From Octopus vulgaris (lineage: Eukaryota): 64,000 bases of DNA. The translations under genes were made by a program, and so were the position numbers. Where the stretch lies: NCBI GenBank assembly GCA_951406725.2, contig OX597833.1, positions 43,648,001 through 43,712,000 of the forward strand. Direction: 5' to 3'. Under the pieces are notes generated by a model. It had not been told where the DNA came from. It saw only the letters and a list, made by a program, of their open reading frames with translations, and made no database searches. Positions 1 to 12,728 of the stretch are shown one piece after another (position 1 is the first letter of the stretch; each line of letters begins with the position of its first letter).

Positions 1-220
1 GTACATATATATACATATATGTACATATATATACATATATGTACATATATATACATATATGTACATATATATACATATATGTACATATATATACATATGT
101 ACATATATATATATATGTACATATATATACATATGTACATATATATACATATGTACATATATATACATATGTACATATATATACATATGTACATATATAT
201 ACATATATATATATATGTAT
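1..220. repeat. AT-rich minisatellite (18-20 bp unit, gtacatatatatacatatat)
   Basis: Directly visible tandem units. The ORFs over it are low-complexity YI/HI artefacts. Confidence 0.95.
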
Positions 221-510
221 ATTTTTTTTCGCTTGTTTCAGCTCAGAGCTGCGGCCATGCTGATGCACCGCCGTATTGTACTACACTGTTATTACGATGA
301 ACCTCCTCTAATATGTGGCACTAGGTGAAGAATGGAGTTTGACATAGCTACTCTCATTTTCACCTCTTGCCGTGAGGTAGGTTCATCTGGGACTCTCAAC
401 AGGAAGATGTCCAGCTTTGATTTAAAAACCGCTACATCTACTTTGTGCAAGTTCCTCAGACTCTTTGGGAGAATATTAAAGAGCTGTGGGCCCTTGAAAC
501 CCAGGCTGTT
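221..510 (-). mobile_element. 3' end of a CR1/L2-like LINE (ORF2 C-terminus, 3'UTR, A tail)
   Basis: Minus-strand peptide [15 protein letters not shown]...[16 protein letters not shown]...SNSILH resembles CR1-group ORF2 C-termini. It is followed by a UTR stem-loop and an A-rich tail. Confidence 0.75.
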
Positions 511-563
511 AGGGAAACACACAGATAGACAGACACACATTCTCAGTTTTATATATATAAAGA
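509..563 (-). mobile_element. Isolated Helitron 5' terminus (inverted copy)
   Basis: Reverse complement of the TC...tatatataaaactgagaatgtgtctgtctg...tttccctaa end seen at 906, 44439 and 44796. Confidence 0.65.
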
Positions 564-565
564 TG

Positions 566-605
<40 letters not shown>

Positions 606-905
606 TGAGTATATATACATATATATATGTACATGTGTGTATATACATATATATATATATGTACATGTCTATATATACATATAAATATATGTACATGTGT
701 ATATATACATATATGTACACGTGTATATATACATATATATATATATATGTACATGTGTATATATACATGTATATATGTACATGTGTATATATACATATAT
801 ATATATATGTACATGTGTATACATACATATATATATATGTACATGTGAATATATACATATATATATGTGTACATATATATATGTACATATGTGTATATAT
901 ATATA
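564..905. repeat. (TA)n/gtacatgt compound microsatellite
   Basis: Directly visible. Confidence 0.95.
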
Positions 906-1826
906 TCTATATATATAAAACTGAGAATGTGTCTGTCTGTCTGTTTCCCTAAAACTTGAGAACTACACAACCAATTTCATTCAAATTATACACATGCCTT
1001 ACTTAGGGTCCATATAGTGTCATGGGGAAAAACATTTTTAACTTCTTGCCTAGGGCGAACCCACAGCAATATCATATCTTCTCCACTATTTCAGTATTAC
1101 ATGTTAAAAGTGAAACAAAAACATCTCTCTACTGTAATGTCAGATACTTTCACTTTAATACTGAAACTATTAAAGTTAAACTATTATATAAGAAGGATGA
1201 ACCATTAACAGTGGACATCCATTTTACTAGAAGATGATCCGCTATGGTCTTATATGCTACACCACTGGTTTTCAATTCATATTAATCAAATTAATATTCA
1301 ATTTCTCACCCTTATTATTTTAAATTTAAATTTACACTCAGGACCATGTGTTTAGGAACGAAGTTTGTTACCACACAGCCACACCTGCACCTGTGTGTGT
1401 GTGTCTGTGTGTATAGCAGTATATGTATACATTTATTTCTATACATATAGATGTATATGTATACATGTATATGTGTAGATGTATATATATATATATGTAC
1501 ATGTAATATGTACACATATATATTCACATATATACAAGCATACATACATAGATGGCTGTGTGGTAACAAACTTCGTTCCAAAACACATGGTCTTGGGTTC
1601 AGTCCCACTGTGTGGTGACTTGGCATGTGTCTTCTGCTATAGCCTCAGACCAACCAAAGCCTTGTCAGTGGATTTTGTAGACAGAAACCGAAAGAAATCA
1701 ATCGTATATATATGTATGTATGTATGTAAGTCTGTGTGTGTGTATTCCAGTTCATGACAGAAAATATAACAAAAGTCCAATTCTTCAATTGCATGTAACT
1801 CGGGCAACGCCGGGTAACTCTGCTAG
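906..1826 (+). mobile_element. Non-autonomous Helitron carrying SINE/microsatellite filler
   Basis: A|TC start. 906-1268 matches 44796-45158. 3' hairpin actcgg-gcaacg-ccgggt followed by CTAG|T at 1823-1827. Confidence 0.75.
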
Positions 1827-1901
1827 TATATTTATATATATGTATGTATATATTTATATATATTTATATATACGTATGTATGTATATATTTATATATGTA
1901 T

Positions 1902-2862
1902 GATAGTTGAGATGCTTGAACGGAGACGTGTGGATATATGTTGCATGCAAGAAGTAAGGTGGAGAGGAGGTTCTGCTAGGTTCCTCACAGGCAAGGAACA
2001 CAGGTACAAGATTTTCTGGGCAGGGAACACTGACGGGGTTGGAGGCGTGGGTATACTTATCGCTGAGAAATGGGTAGATAAAGTAATTGAGGTAATCAGA
2101 GTATGCGACAGAATACTTAAGATTAGATTAGCGCTTCATCATAGTTTAGCAACCATTATATCAGCCTATGCTCCTCAGTCGGGGCTACCTGATGGACAGA
2201 AAGACCGATTCTATGACACTCTACTGCAGACTACCTCGTTGACAAACGACAGAGACCTTCTCTTTGTGGCTGGTGACTTCAATGGTCACGTTGGACGACA
2301 TGCTGGGGGCTTCCATGGCGTACATGGAGGCTATGGCTCTGGTTCTCGCAACGAGGAGGGAACCAGGCTGCTGGAGTTCTGCGATGCAAATAATCTTATG
2401 ATTTGCAACACTAACTTCAGGAAACCTACCAGCCACCTAGTCACCTACCGATCGGGCCAACATACCAGCCAAATTGACTACATCCTTGCCAGGCAAAGGG
2501 AGAGATGGCTACTTATAAATGCCAAAACCTTCCCAGGTGAAGAATGTACCCCACAACATAGACTGGTAGTTAGTGACTTTAGGATCAGGAGTAGGAGGAC
2601 AACCAGAAAACGACCAACATGGAGAAGAAGGATCTGGAAGCTTAAGGATCCTGTGAATGGACAGAGATTTAGAGACATGTTACTTGAAGCCTTTGACGAA
2701 GTAGAAGGGGATAGAGTATCACATGGGGTAGAGGACAACTGGACATTTCTAAGGGACAACCTGCTGAGAGCCACTGACCAAATCTGTGGCTGGTGCAAAA
2801 TCCCCTCTCGTCCCAAGGTAACGTGGTGGTGGAACAGTGTCGTAGACAGGGCTATTAGAGAA
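1902..2862 (+). mobile_element. RTE-clade LINE fragment, AP endonuclease domain, open but truncated at both ends
   Basis: Motifs ICCMQEVRW, GGVGILI, ISAYAPQ, AGDFNGHVG, SQIDYIL, QHRLV. Same family as 22545-26124. Confidence 0.92.
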
Positions 2863-2892
2863 TGACTGAAACAAGGTAAAAGATTTGTACAT

Positions 2893-3053
2893 AGGCACAG
2901 GAGTGGCTCTGTGGTAAGTAGCTTGCTTACCAATCACATGGTTCCAGGTTCAGTCCCACTGCGTGGCACCTCGGGCAAGTGTCATCTACTATAGCCTCAG
3001 GCCGACCAAAGCCTTGTGAGTGGATTTGGTAGACGGAAACTGAAAGAAGCCTG

Positions 3054-3095
<42 letters not shown>

Positions 3096-3305
3096 TTGTG
3101 TTTCTGTGTTTGTCCCCCTAGCATTGCTTGACAACTGATGCTGGTCTGTTTACGTCCCCGTAACTTAGCAGTTCGGCAAAAGAAGACCAATAGAATAAGT
3201 ACTAGGCTTACAAAGAATAAGTCCTGGGGTCGATTTGCTCGACTAAAGGCGGTGCTCCAGCATGGCCATAGTCAAATGACTGAAACAAGTAAAAGAGTAA
3301 AGAGT
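2893..3305 (+). mobile_element. SINE family A (tRNA-like head, central (TA)n, LINE-like tail)
   Basis: Head ggcgcaggagtggctgtgtggtaag...ggttcagtcccac, tail ggcggtgctccagcatggcc...aaaagag. More than 10 copies in the window. Confidence 0.9.
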
Positions 3306-3653
3306 ATGTATACACACACACACTACATATATATATACATACACATATATACACATGTACAATCAGGTTCAAACATGTTTGATTATCTGCAGGAAATAAC
3401 ATTGACAGTACAGGATTTGTTTATTTTTTCTGCGTAGCAAATTACAGTGCTTTGTTGTTTTAATGTCTCAATGTGCTGTTTGCAATCTAGTATTTTTATG
3501 ATTTGTGATAAAATACAAGATACGATAAAATCTTCACTGAGCATCAAGTCTTCACTGAGAAATTCTAGATCAACTTGAGCTATAACCATTAGGTTTAGGT
3601 TTACTTTTTTACTGGGCATTGTGCACCATCTAATGTTTCATATCTGTTCTTTA

Positions 3654-4271
3654 CCATTTAGCATTCAGATTATCAAATGTAGTGCTTATTTAGTCATACT
3701 GCTTTGAATTAATTATGCATTACCTTTGGAGTTTAAGATTTTGATGATGACTCTTACTCTTTTACTTGTTTCAGTCATTTGACTGCGGCCATGCTGGAGC
3801 ACCGACTTTAGTCGAGCAAATCGACCCCGGGACTTATTCTTTGTAAGCCCAGTACTTATCCTATTGGTCTTTTTTTGCCGAACTGCTAAGTGACGGGGAC
3901 GTAAACACACCAGCATCGGTTGTCAAGCAGTGCTAGGGGGACAAACACAGACACACATACATATATATATATATATACATATATACAACAGGCTTCTTTC
4001 AGTTTCCATCTACCAAATCCACTCACAAGTCATTGGTCGGCCTGGGGCTATAGCAGAAGACACTTGCCCAAGATGCCACGCAGTGGGACTGAACCCGGAA
4101 CCATGTGGTTGGTAAGCAAGCTACTTACCACACAGCTACTCCTGCGCCTATGAGATCACTTATTTTTTAGAATGACATCATAGGGTAGGTTTAAGAGGTC
4201 AGATCTGACTAGTCTGAACAAAAACAAGTAGAATATCTGGGCCAGATATGGCTGGTTGAAATGCTAAAGGG
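3654..4271. mobile_element. piggyBac-like MITE with a nested minus-strand SINE A (3752-4150); paralog 48489-49227
   Basis: Termini cc(a)tttagcatt...aatgctaaaggg. Both TTAA sites are intact in copy B. Confidence 0.65.
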
Positions 4272-5539
4272 TTAAGAAGGCAGGATGTAATTTGAGAATG
4301 CTTTAGCTAGTACTTCTAGCAGATCGAGTGACTACAGTTTGATGCATGCCTTAACATGCATTTTGATATGATGTCTGGTGTAGTACAGTGTCTTGTGCAA
4401 TTCCATATAATGCCTTGGTCTGTAGTATATGATATGATGTCTTTGTTGTGTGGTGTGATGTGACACATAGCTTCAGTGAGTGATCATGCGCCTTGTATGG
4501 TGTGATGTGATGCCTTGATGTGGAGTATGATCTGATGTTCTGGTGTGTAGTGTTGTGCTTCAGATTTGTAACCTGGTTGAAAACTTTATTTTAAATATTC
4601 CCATGTCAGGACTGGCTACGTTGGCTGAGATGTGCACTGACTGCTTGGTAGTATTTAGTTGTCTCGAATTCAAATTCTCAGTGATATTGCACCTGTGAAA
4701 GTTGCATTTTAGACTATTTTTGCCCATATGTACGTATGTATGTATATGTGTTTTTCCACCACCACTGCTTGACAACCAGTGTTAGTTTAGTTTAGTTGTA
4801 ACTTAGTTTAACAAAAGATATAGATAAAATAAGTATCATGCTTTAAAAAACAAGTACTGGGTCAACTTGTTCGATTAAAACCTTCAAAGTGGTAACCCAG
4901 TATGGCTGCAGTCCACTGACTGAAACAGGATAAATAATTGTAATCATCTCAGTGAAATTTTGTTTAACAAGCCATATTTTGTTTAATGTACAAGCTGTCA
5001 GAACTTGGCTTCTTACACCTACCCTATATTATCATTCACACAAGCAAGTGTTTTCTACTATATAATCTTAGGCCAGCCAAAGCTTTGTGAGTGAATTTAG
5101 AGATGGAAACTGAAAAAGGTATATCGTATGTGTATAACATATCAATGTGTGTGTGTCTCTTGACAAGTGGTGCTGGTGTGTTTACTTCCTTGTTAATTTA
5201 GTGGTTTGGCAAAAGGGTGGGGGAGGGCAATAAAATAAGTAAAAAGCCGTAAAAAAAATATAAGTTCTGGGGTTGATACATGAGTAAAAAACTCCTGAAG
5301 GTGAGCCCCAACACATACAAAATATATAATCACATCATTGCAACATCAAATTTACGAGAGAATGCATGATCAATTCAAAACAATGTAGGTGTATAGACAT
5401 TACACATCTGACAGGGTAATCTGAATGCTAAAGGATTAAAAATATACATTAAGAAAGTTAAGAGGAAACAGTCTTGGCAGCGGTGGTGTGTTCTGCAGAG
5501 CAACTATAAAGTAATGTCTCAATAGATTGATACAACTCT

Positions 5540-7011
5540 GATTTTATCGACCCCTTATGCATCACATAAAGTTGGTGATAGGATTTGAACTCAAAACATG
5601 ACGGATAGATACTAAATACAGCAACCTAATTAGCTCGGAAAACAAAAAAAATTATCTTTTCTTGATAATTCTTCCTAATTATGGCATAAGACCAGTTATC
5701 TTGAGGGGAGGGGTGAAGTTGATACCATTGATTCCAGTACTAGAATGACTGGTACTATATTTCACTAACCCCAACAGAATGGCATTTACAGTTGTCCTGG
5801 TAGGATTTGAACTTAGTCTGAAGAAACGCAGCAAATCATTTTATCAATTCGTTAATAATTCTGCCAGCTCATTGCCCTCTCAGCAAGAAATAAAACTTTC
5901 TAATCTGAGGGGATGGGCCTAATCAATTACAACAACTCCAGTGCTTAACTGGTACTAATTGGATCCCGAAATGAAATGCAAAGTCGACCTCTGGAGAATT
6001 TGAACTCAGGATGTGAAGATGGACAAAATGTTGCTAAGCATTTTGTCTGGTGTACTAACGAATTCAGCCAGCTGACCGCCTTTTTCTCAATAATAATAAT
6101 AATACTAATGGTATCAAATTTGCCACAAGGGCAACAATTTGGGGGAAGGGAATAAGTTAATTTCATCAATGCCAGTGATTCACTGGTACTTAATTTATCA
6201 ACCCCAAAAGGCTGAAAGGCAAAGTCAACCTCAGCAGAATTTGAACTCAGAGCAAAGCGACAGGTGAAACACTGCTAACAATTCTGCCAGCTCACAGCTT
6301 TAATAATAATAATGATAACAATAATAAATTCTTTTTATTGGCCACAAAGGCTAATATAAATCAAAACATTAAAGGACAACACAAGACGATATACAAAGGG
6401 TTCTACTCTAGGCCCAAAATTTTGGTGGAGGGGGCCAGTTAATTAGGGCGACTCTAGTACACAACTTGTCAACCCTGTATAGATGAAAGGCAAAGTTGAC
6501 CTCAGTGAAATTTGAACTCAGAACATAAAGACAAACGAAATACTGCTAAGCATTTCACCTGGCATGCTAACGTTTCTGCCAGCTCACTGCTTTAAGATTC
6601 AATAATAATAATAATCCTTTCTACTACTAAAGGCACAAATTCTGAATTTGGAAGGGGTTAGTCAATTACATCAACCTTACTATGCAACTAGTACTTAATT
6701 TATTAACCCCGAAAGGATGAAAGGCAAAGTCGACCTCAGCGGATTTTGAACTCAGAACGTAGCGGCTGAAAAAATACCTATTTCTTTACTACCCACAAGG
6801 GGCTAAACACAGAGAGGACAAACAAGGACAGACAAAGGGATTAAGTCGATTACATCGACCCCAATGCGTAACTGGTACTTAATTTATCGACCCCGAAAGG
6901 ATGAAAGGCAAAGTCGACCTTGGCGGAATTTGAACTCAGAACGTAACGGCAGACGAAATACCGCTAAGCATTTCACCAAGCGTGCTAACAATTCTGCTAG
7001 CTCACCGCCTT
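5540..7011 (-). mobile_element. Cluster of SINE family B copies of mixed age
   Basis: Repeated core cgaccccgaaaggatgaaaggcaaagtcgacctcggcggaatttgaactcag. The core resembles the MetaSINE domain (from memory). Paralog about 50500-52110. Confidence 0.85.
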
Positions 7012-7362
7012 ATTAATAATAATAAGAGCACTCAAGAGAGCGCAAACCTCCACCAAGGCAACACCAACGTCCTCTCAGCCAGAGATGATTTTTAAAATAA
7101 GAATATCAGAAATAAACTCGACTGCTCTCACAAACGAGAATACTAAGAATGAACCCGACTGCTCTCAAAAATTAAGTAAAACAAAAAACAACAACAAAAA
7201 AAAAAACAGTAAAAATAATCCAGAATCCTTGTCCCGGACCCGATCGATCAGTTCATGCCAGTCATGAGGCCAAACATCCCTAAAAGTTTTATCCGAATCC
7301 ATCCAGTCGTTCTTGAGATATATTGTCCATGGACAAACAAACAAACACAACAGGAAACAATA

Positions 7363-8845
7363 GGGGTGGGGGAAATGCCTCGGAAAATTCACATCGGGAA
7401 GTTCCGAAAGCGTCTGAGGAGCTGACCCGGGCACCAAAACAAAAGAAAAAATAGTGTAATATGTGTAAAACAACTTGCTCTAAACGAATATGACAAAAAA
7501 TGCGCTCTCGCGAAAGAGGGGTGGGGGAGAGGCCTCGGAAAATTTATATCGGGAATTTCCGAAAGCGTCTGAACCGGGCACAAAAACAAAAACAGCGTAA
7601 TAGGTGTAAAACAACTTGCTCTAAACGACTATCATGAAAAAAATGCGCGCTCGCGAAAGGGGGGTGGGGGAGAGGCTTCGGAAATTTCACATCTTCAGTC
7701 CACGGCCTTTAAACTAAGAAAAAATAGTGTAATTGGTGTAAAACTACTTGTTCTAAACGAGTATCAAGAACACACTCACACATGAATCATAAACTCCGTA
7801 TTTTTGTACATATTTCGCAAAAAAAAAAGTTTTGGCGTGTATTTTTTTCCCAAATTTATTTTTTCACCTTTACAACACTGTTTAGTAAAGCAATTAATTA
7901 TCTTTATAATTTGCATATTTGACTTATTAATCAAAATTCTCTAGATATATACTAAGTAATGCATCCTTCATTTATGTGTTCCGTTCTGTATTATGCATGC
8001 GTGACTGTTTGTATGTAAGTGTGTTTAACTGTGCACATGAATGTGAATATTAAAGAACATATTTATTTACTATGATTGTTATTTTCAGAACAAATAAATC
8101 TTTTGGCTGTTATGTTATTGATGTTATTATTATTGCTAGTTAAAGGGTGGTGACTTGGCTGAATATTTTGAGTCTTGTAGTATGTAGTTGTGTTAGTCAA
8201 TATTCTGAGTTCAAATCCAACTCATTTCTTTATCATCATTATCGATGGACCACTCAAAGAGGTATGTATACATTATCATTTTCGTAACATAATTTCTGTA
8301 GTATTTCAAGATGTTTCTGACACGTATTTTGATTCACATGGCGGAGATCCAACATTTCTTCACTTTTTCCAGAATTTCTTCTCTTTATTTTTTTTTTTTG
8401 CGAAATATGATTTTATGATTCATGTGTGAGTGTGTGTTCTTGATACTCGTTTAGAACAAGTAGTTTTACACCAATTACACTATTTTTTCTTAGTTTAAAG
8501 GCCGTGGACTGAAGATGTGAAATTTCCGAAGCCTCTCCCCCACCCCCTTTCGCGAGCGCGCATTTTTTTCATGATAGTCGTTTAGAGCAAGTTGTTTTAC
8601 ACCTATTACGCTGTTTTTGTTTTTGTGCCCGGTTCAGACGCTTTCGGAAATTCCCGATATAAATTTTCCGAGGCCTCTCCCCCACCCCTCTTTCGCGAGA
8701 GCGCATTTTTTTTGTCATATTCGTTTAGAGCAAGTTGTTTTACACATATTACACTATTTTTCTTTTGTTTTGGTGCCCGGGTCAGCTCCTCAGACGCTTT
8801 CGGAACTTCCCGATGTGAATTTTCCGAGGCCTCTCCCCCACCCCC
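7363..8845. mobile_element. Foldback-like element with ~460-bp inverted arms built from sub-repeats
   Basis: 7363-7830 is the near-perfect reverse complement of 8388-8845. Absent at the equivalent place in copy B. Confidence 0.8.
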
Positions 8846-9253
8846 TTTCGCGTGCGCGAATTTTTTTTTCATATTCGTTCATAGGAAGTTGTTTTACACC
8901 TATTACACACATTTTTTTTTGATTTTCTGATAATCGTAACGCCCTATATTAACCGAAGACACTTGCACGAGGTGCCACGCAGTGGGACTGAACCTGGAAC
9001 CATGTGGTTCGTAAGCAAGCTACTTACCACAGAGCCACTCCTACGCCTGTAAAAGATAATTTATTGTAATAGCATACTTTTCTTAGACACACACAGGGCC
9101 TCGCTTGGTTCGGTCAGCCAAATCTCCCTTAAATCACACATCTTTTTCATTTGAAATATTTGCAATTCCCCACCACCACCACCACTGAAACGGCTTCTCC
9201 CATGGCTTTTAAGTGCGTAGTGTCAAAAAATGTTGGTCAATATCTGTCCAGAA

Positions 9254-9432
9254 CAGTGGTTTTCAACCAGGGTTCCGCAAGAAGTTACAAAACTGCTAAA
9301 ATCGGCAGTAATTTTTAATTCTCCTGTGCAGATAAGTGTGCATAAGACTATTAAATTATTGCACAGGGGTTCCTCGAACCAGTGGAATGTTTCCTTGGGG
9401 TTCCGCTCCAGCAAAAAGTTTGAAAAGCACTG
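9254..9432. mobile_element. hAT-type MITE
   Basis: CAGTGGTTTTCAA...TTGAAAAGCACTG TIRs with a perfect 8-bp TSD GTCCAGAA. Paralog 53581-53782 has the same TSD. Confidence 0.9.
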
Positions 9433-9449
9433 GTCCAGAATATGGTAGT

Positions 9450-10800
9450 GAGGTGTAAAAATCATTAACTGTCATAACTTTTTACATAAAATTTGCGCTG
9501 AGAGGACTCGGAAAATACACGTGAATTTTCCGAGTCCTCTCCCCACCGCTCCCCCGTTCGTAAGCGTGCATTTTTTAAATTTCACATTCGTTTGCTGCAC
9601 ATTATTTGATAAAAAGAAAAATGGACTCGTACAATTTTTCAAGTACACCCCACACGATTCACTAAGCTTGTAAAAATTTACGGCATTTTGAAATTACCCC
9701 CACCCAACCCCATTTCTTCATTTTTAACTTTTTTCAGAAATTGTGTTTTCAAAATATGCGGAAAATACGGAGATTATGATTCTGAAAAAAATTTGCAAAC
9801 ATTTTTCTAGTTACGGTTAGGGTTTTAGGGTTAGGATTTTAGGGCTAGGGTTGAGGTTTTAGGGTGACGGAAAAAAGTGAAAAATTAAGAAATATGGGGA
9901 ATGAACGGGGGGGGGGTCAGAAATTTTAAAATCCTGATTTTTGGCAATTTTCCGGAATCTCCGTATCCAAAAACGTGGGTTTTTGAGACAAAAAAAAATT
10001 ATTTGCGAGAAAATGGGAGAGGAACAGGAGGAAGTCTTACCAAATCTACCCATAGTTTTTACACCTATTACATATTTTTTTTTTTTTTTATTTTTGCAAT
10101 CTGAACTAGAGATTAACCGAAAATCTAAATAACGTGAGCATTCTGATATGAAACTCCGCCAAATTTTCTACAAATACACTTCAATGGAGATAATATTGGA
10201 ATACGTGGAGAATATATTTTTCCGAGGGTGAGGAGTTTCGGAAAATTCACAGGTGACGGCTTTTACTCATAACTGTTAAACACGCACACCGCCCATTTTC
10301 AGCGGAAACCAAACCTTATATCAACGGGTGTGCGTATCCTTCGCCTTCACCTAAATACCTTTCAGAGTGCGCAGATTACAATTATACCGGAGTTCAATAT
10401 GAAAAAATAAAAAAAGAAATGGACTCGTACAAATACGTACTGACACACGTCACATATATCAACTGTATGAAACCAGAAATTTCGAAAAAAAAATTGTGAT
10501 GCGTGTCAGTATGTATATGTGTGAGCTCATTATTTTTTCTTTTCACATCATATTCTGATATATTCGTAATTTACACACTCCGAAAAAAAGTACCTGCTTT
10601 AAAAAAAAGGTGGGGGGAATGCTTAACTTGACCCGAAAACGAAATAGGTTAATGGTTAACGTTTACAAAAAATGGTAATATCCATTTTTCAGAAAGTTAT
10701 GAGGAAACAAAGCTAACTCGTGTGAATTATCTGAAAGTCCTCTTCCCGCACACAGAAGATCTTTTTTTGAACTTTTTCGAAATTTTTCCCGGCAATGTTT
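9450..10800. mobile_element. Composite non-autonomous repeat with ggaaaattcac motifs and internal TTAGGG-like tract (9810-9865)
   Basis: Motifs shared with 7363-8845, 25797-26010, 26560-27110 and 60230-60690. Boundaries approximate. Confidence 0.55.
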
Positions 10801-11497
10801 CGTTTGGGTAGATATGTCTTCCTGGCGCTAAAAACAACAGTAACACCGTCTTCTATATGACTGCCACATTTAGTTGTCAAATATATTTTATGAATAAACG
10901 GACAAGGATAAATAGACAAGCAGATAAATAAATAAATGAATTAATGGATGAAAAAGTTCAAAATTTAAAATTGGGGGAGGGGTGAAATTTTAGCCCCTTA
11001 TTAAACTTTAAGGTTGGTTTCTCATAAAATTGTGTATTTAATTTACATTCATATTTACACAAGTAAAACGCAAATTCTCTTCATTTTAATGTTTTTGTCT
11101 GGATTTAATTTCGATATGTTCCTCAATTTGCTACGATCTCTTTAAAGCAAACAAAATCAAAAATTTAAATTGGGGGGAGGTGAGGCAAGATCAACATTTT
11201 TTTACATATTTGTAATCCCCGACATCAAAAACGTAGGTATCCGAAAGATTTTTTTTTTCAACAAAATGCATTTTTCAAGGAGAGGTGCGAAACCGCATTA
11301 GCCCTGACAAGCCTAAGTGAAATAAAACAAGCATTTGAAACACAAAATATCGATCACTGAACGAGGTAATAAAATCTTAATTCAATACAAGTGTGTGTGT
11401 ATGTAATTGCGGAGAGAGAGAGAAGACAAAAAGAAAAGGGGCAGAGAGAAAGAGAAAGGAACGAAGGAAATAAAAGTTATCCTTAATCTTAACTTAC

Positions 11498-11612
11498 AGT
11501 CTTGAGCGGACGTCATCACTATCATCGTCATAACTAATAACGTCGTCGACAGCATAGTAAGCAGAAAAGGGCGCCGACTGCCTCCGGCCACAATAATGTA
11601 ACTACAGGACAT
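11498..11612 (-). CDS. First coding exon (signal peptide) of a putative secreted Ig-domain protein, gene A
   Basis: MSCSYIIVAGGSRRPFLLTMLSTTLLVMTMIVMTSA|QD has a basic n-region, hydrophobic core and TSA cleavage site. 38 codons + 1 nt, then a consensus donor GTAAGT (phase 1). Confidence 0.75.
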
Positions 11613-11674
11613 ATTTAATCCAGATGAAATATGATAGAAAAGTTTGTAATGGTTTTCTTCGTGGCGTAATTCAA

Positions 11675-11730
11675 TTAGAAAATTAAATCCAACAGAACAG
11701 GTTCTATAAGCGTGAATATTTACGTCAGTG
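11675..11730 (-). promoter_or_regulatory. Possible core promoter of gene A
   Basis: Minus-strand TATAGAA (about 11702-11708) and TGACGTAA (CRE-like, about 11719-11728) lie 90-115 nt upstream of the ATG. Motif-only evidence. Confidence 0.3.
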
Positions 11731-12563
11731 CGCGAATTAACTGTTAAAGTCGATCATTTTATCCTTTCAAAGTATTGACTTGTGCACAGTGACAGATAAA
11801 TAGTTATCTTATGATCTTTCTTGTCTTCTTAGATCCAAGAACAGAAAAAAAAAATTAAATAATCCGTAATGTGTATATAAGGTGAGAGCTAATTAGAGAG
11901 AGAGAAAATATATTATTTAAAAAGCAAACGGTCAACTTTTAAAAGTGGTGAAGAGTAGCAGGTAGTACAGTAACAGGTTTTCCTTTTTTCTATTTTTTAC
12001 CCTGAACTGACTTCAACGTAGGCGAACAGAAGCTTGAAAGAAAAAAAAAATGTAATAGTGGAAGGAAGAGAGGAGGAACAAGTAGTTAAAGTGTGAGAGG
12101 AATAAGAGGGAGTAGGGGGGAAAGCCAGTATTGAAAGGAGGGGTAGAGAAAAGGAGGTAAAACGGAGAAAAAAAAAAGGAAGACAGATATGAGTGACAGA
12201 GTGTAAGTCGGAGGCAGTCAGAAGAGAACGTCTAATATATTAACTAGAGTGAGTGAGTGAATGATAAGGTGATAAAAATAAGAGATAGAGAGACTTGTGT
12301 TAGTAAGATAAAAGAGGTCAAACATTGGAATGTTTTTTTTTTTAATCACAAATCCTTATTTAATGTCTCAAGACATTTTTTCAAACTATGTCTTTGTAAA
12401 ATAAACAGTTGTAATTGTATTATGCAAATTTTGAAACTTGCTTTCTATAAATATAATTTTAACTGTTTGTTTTCGTTGACTGATCAATGAAATTTATCGA
12501 AAGTAACCTGATCGGATCCAACTTATATCTAAATAAAAGACCGAAAGATTCAGAAATTTATAT

Positions 12564-12728
12564 AGCACTTTGTACCTAGACTGATGAATATATTTATCAT
12601 AGTTCTGAGTTCAATTTTGCCTTTCATCTTTCAGGGTCGATAAATTAAGTACCAGTTGTGAAAGATGAAAGGCAAATTTGAACTCAGAACTGTGATAAAT
12701 ATATTCATTAGTCTAGGTACAAAGTGCT
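12564..12728. repeat. Local palindrome, 70-bp arms, 25-nt spacer
   Basis: agcactttgtacctagac...catctttca / tgaaagatg...gtctaggtacaaagtgct. Confidence 0.9.

Larger units (their letters stand above)
3502..11678. repeat. Segmental duplication, copy A (paralog 48333-56097)
   Basis: Colinear near-identical unique sequence with shared TE insertions and shared TSDs. Confidence 0.95.

Noticed and set aside
19-970. Numerous Y/I/H/C/V-rich ORFs (also 44089-44849, 45704-45956, 57525-57888)
   Set aside because: Translations of stop-free (TA)n/(CA)n microsatellites.
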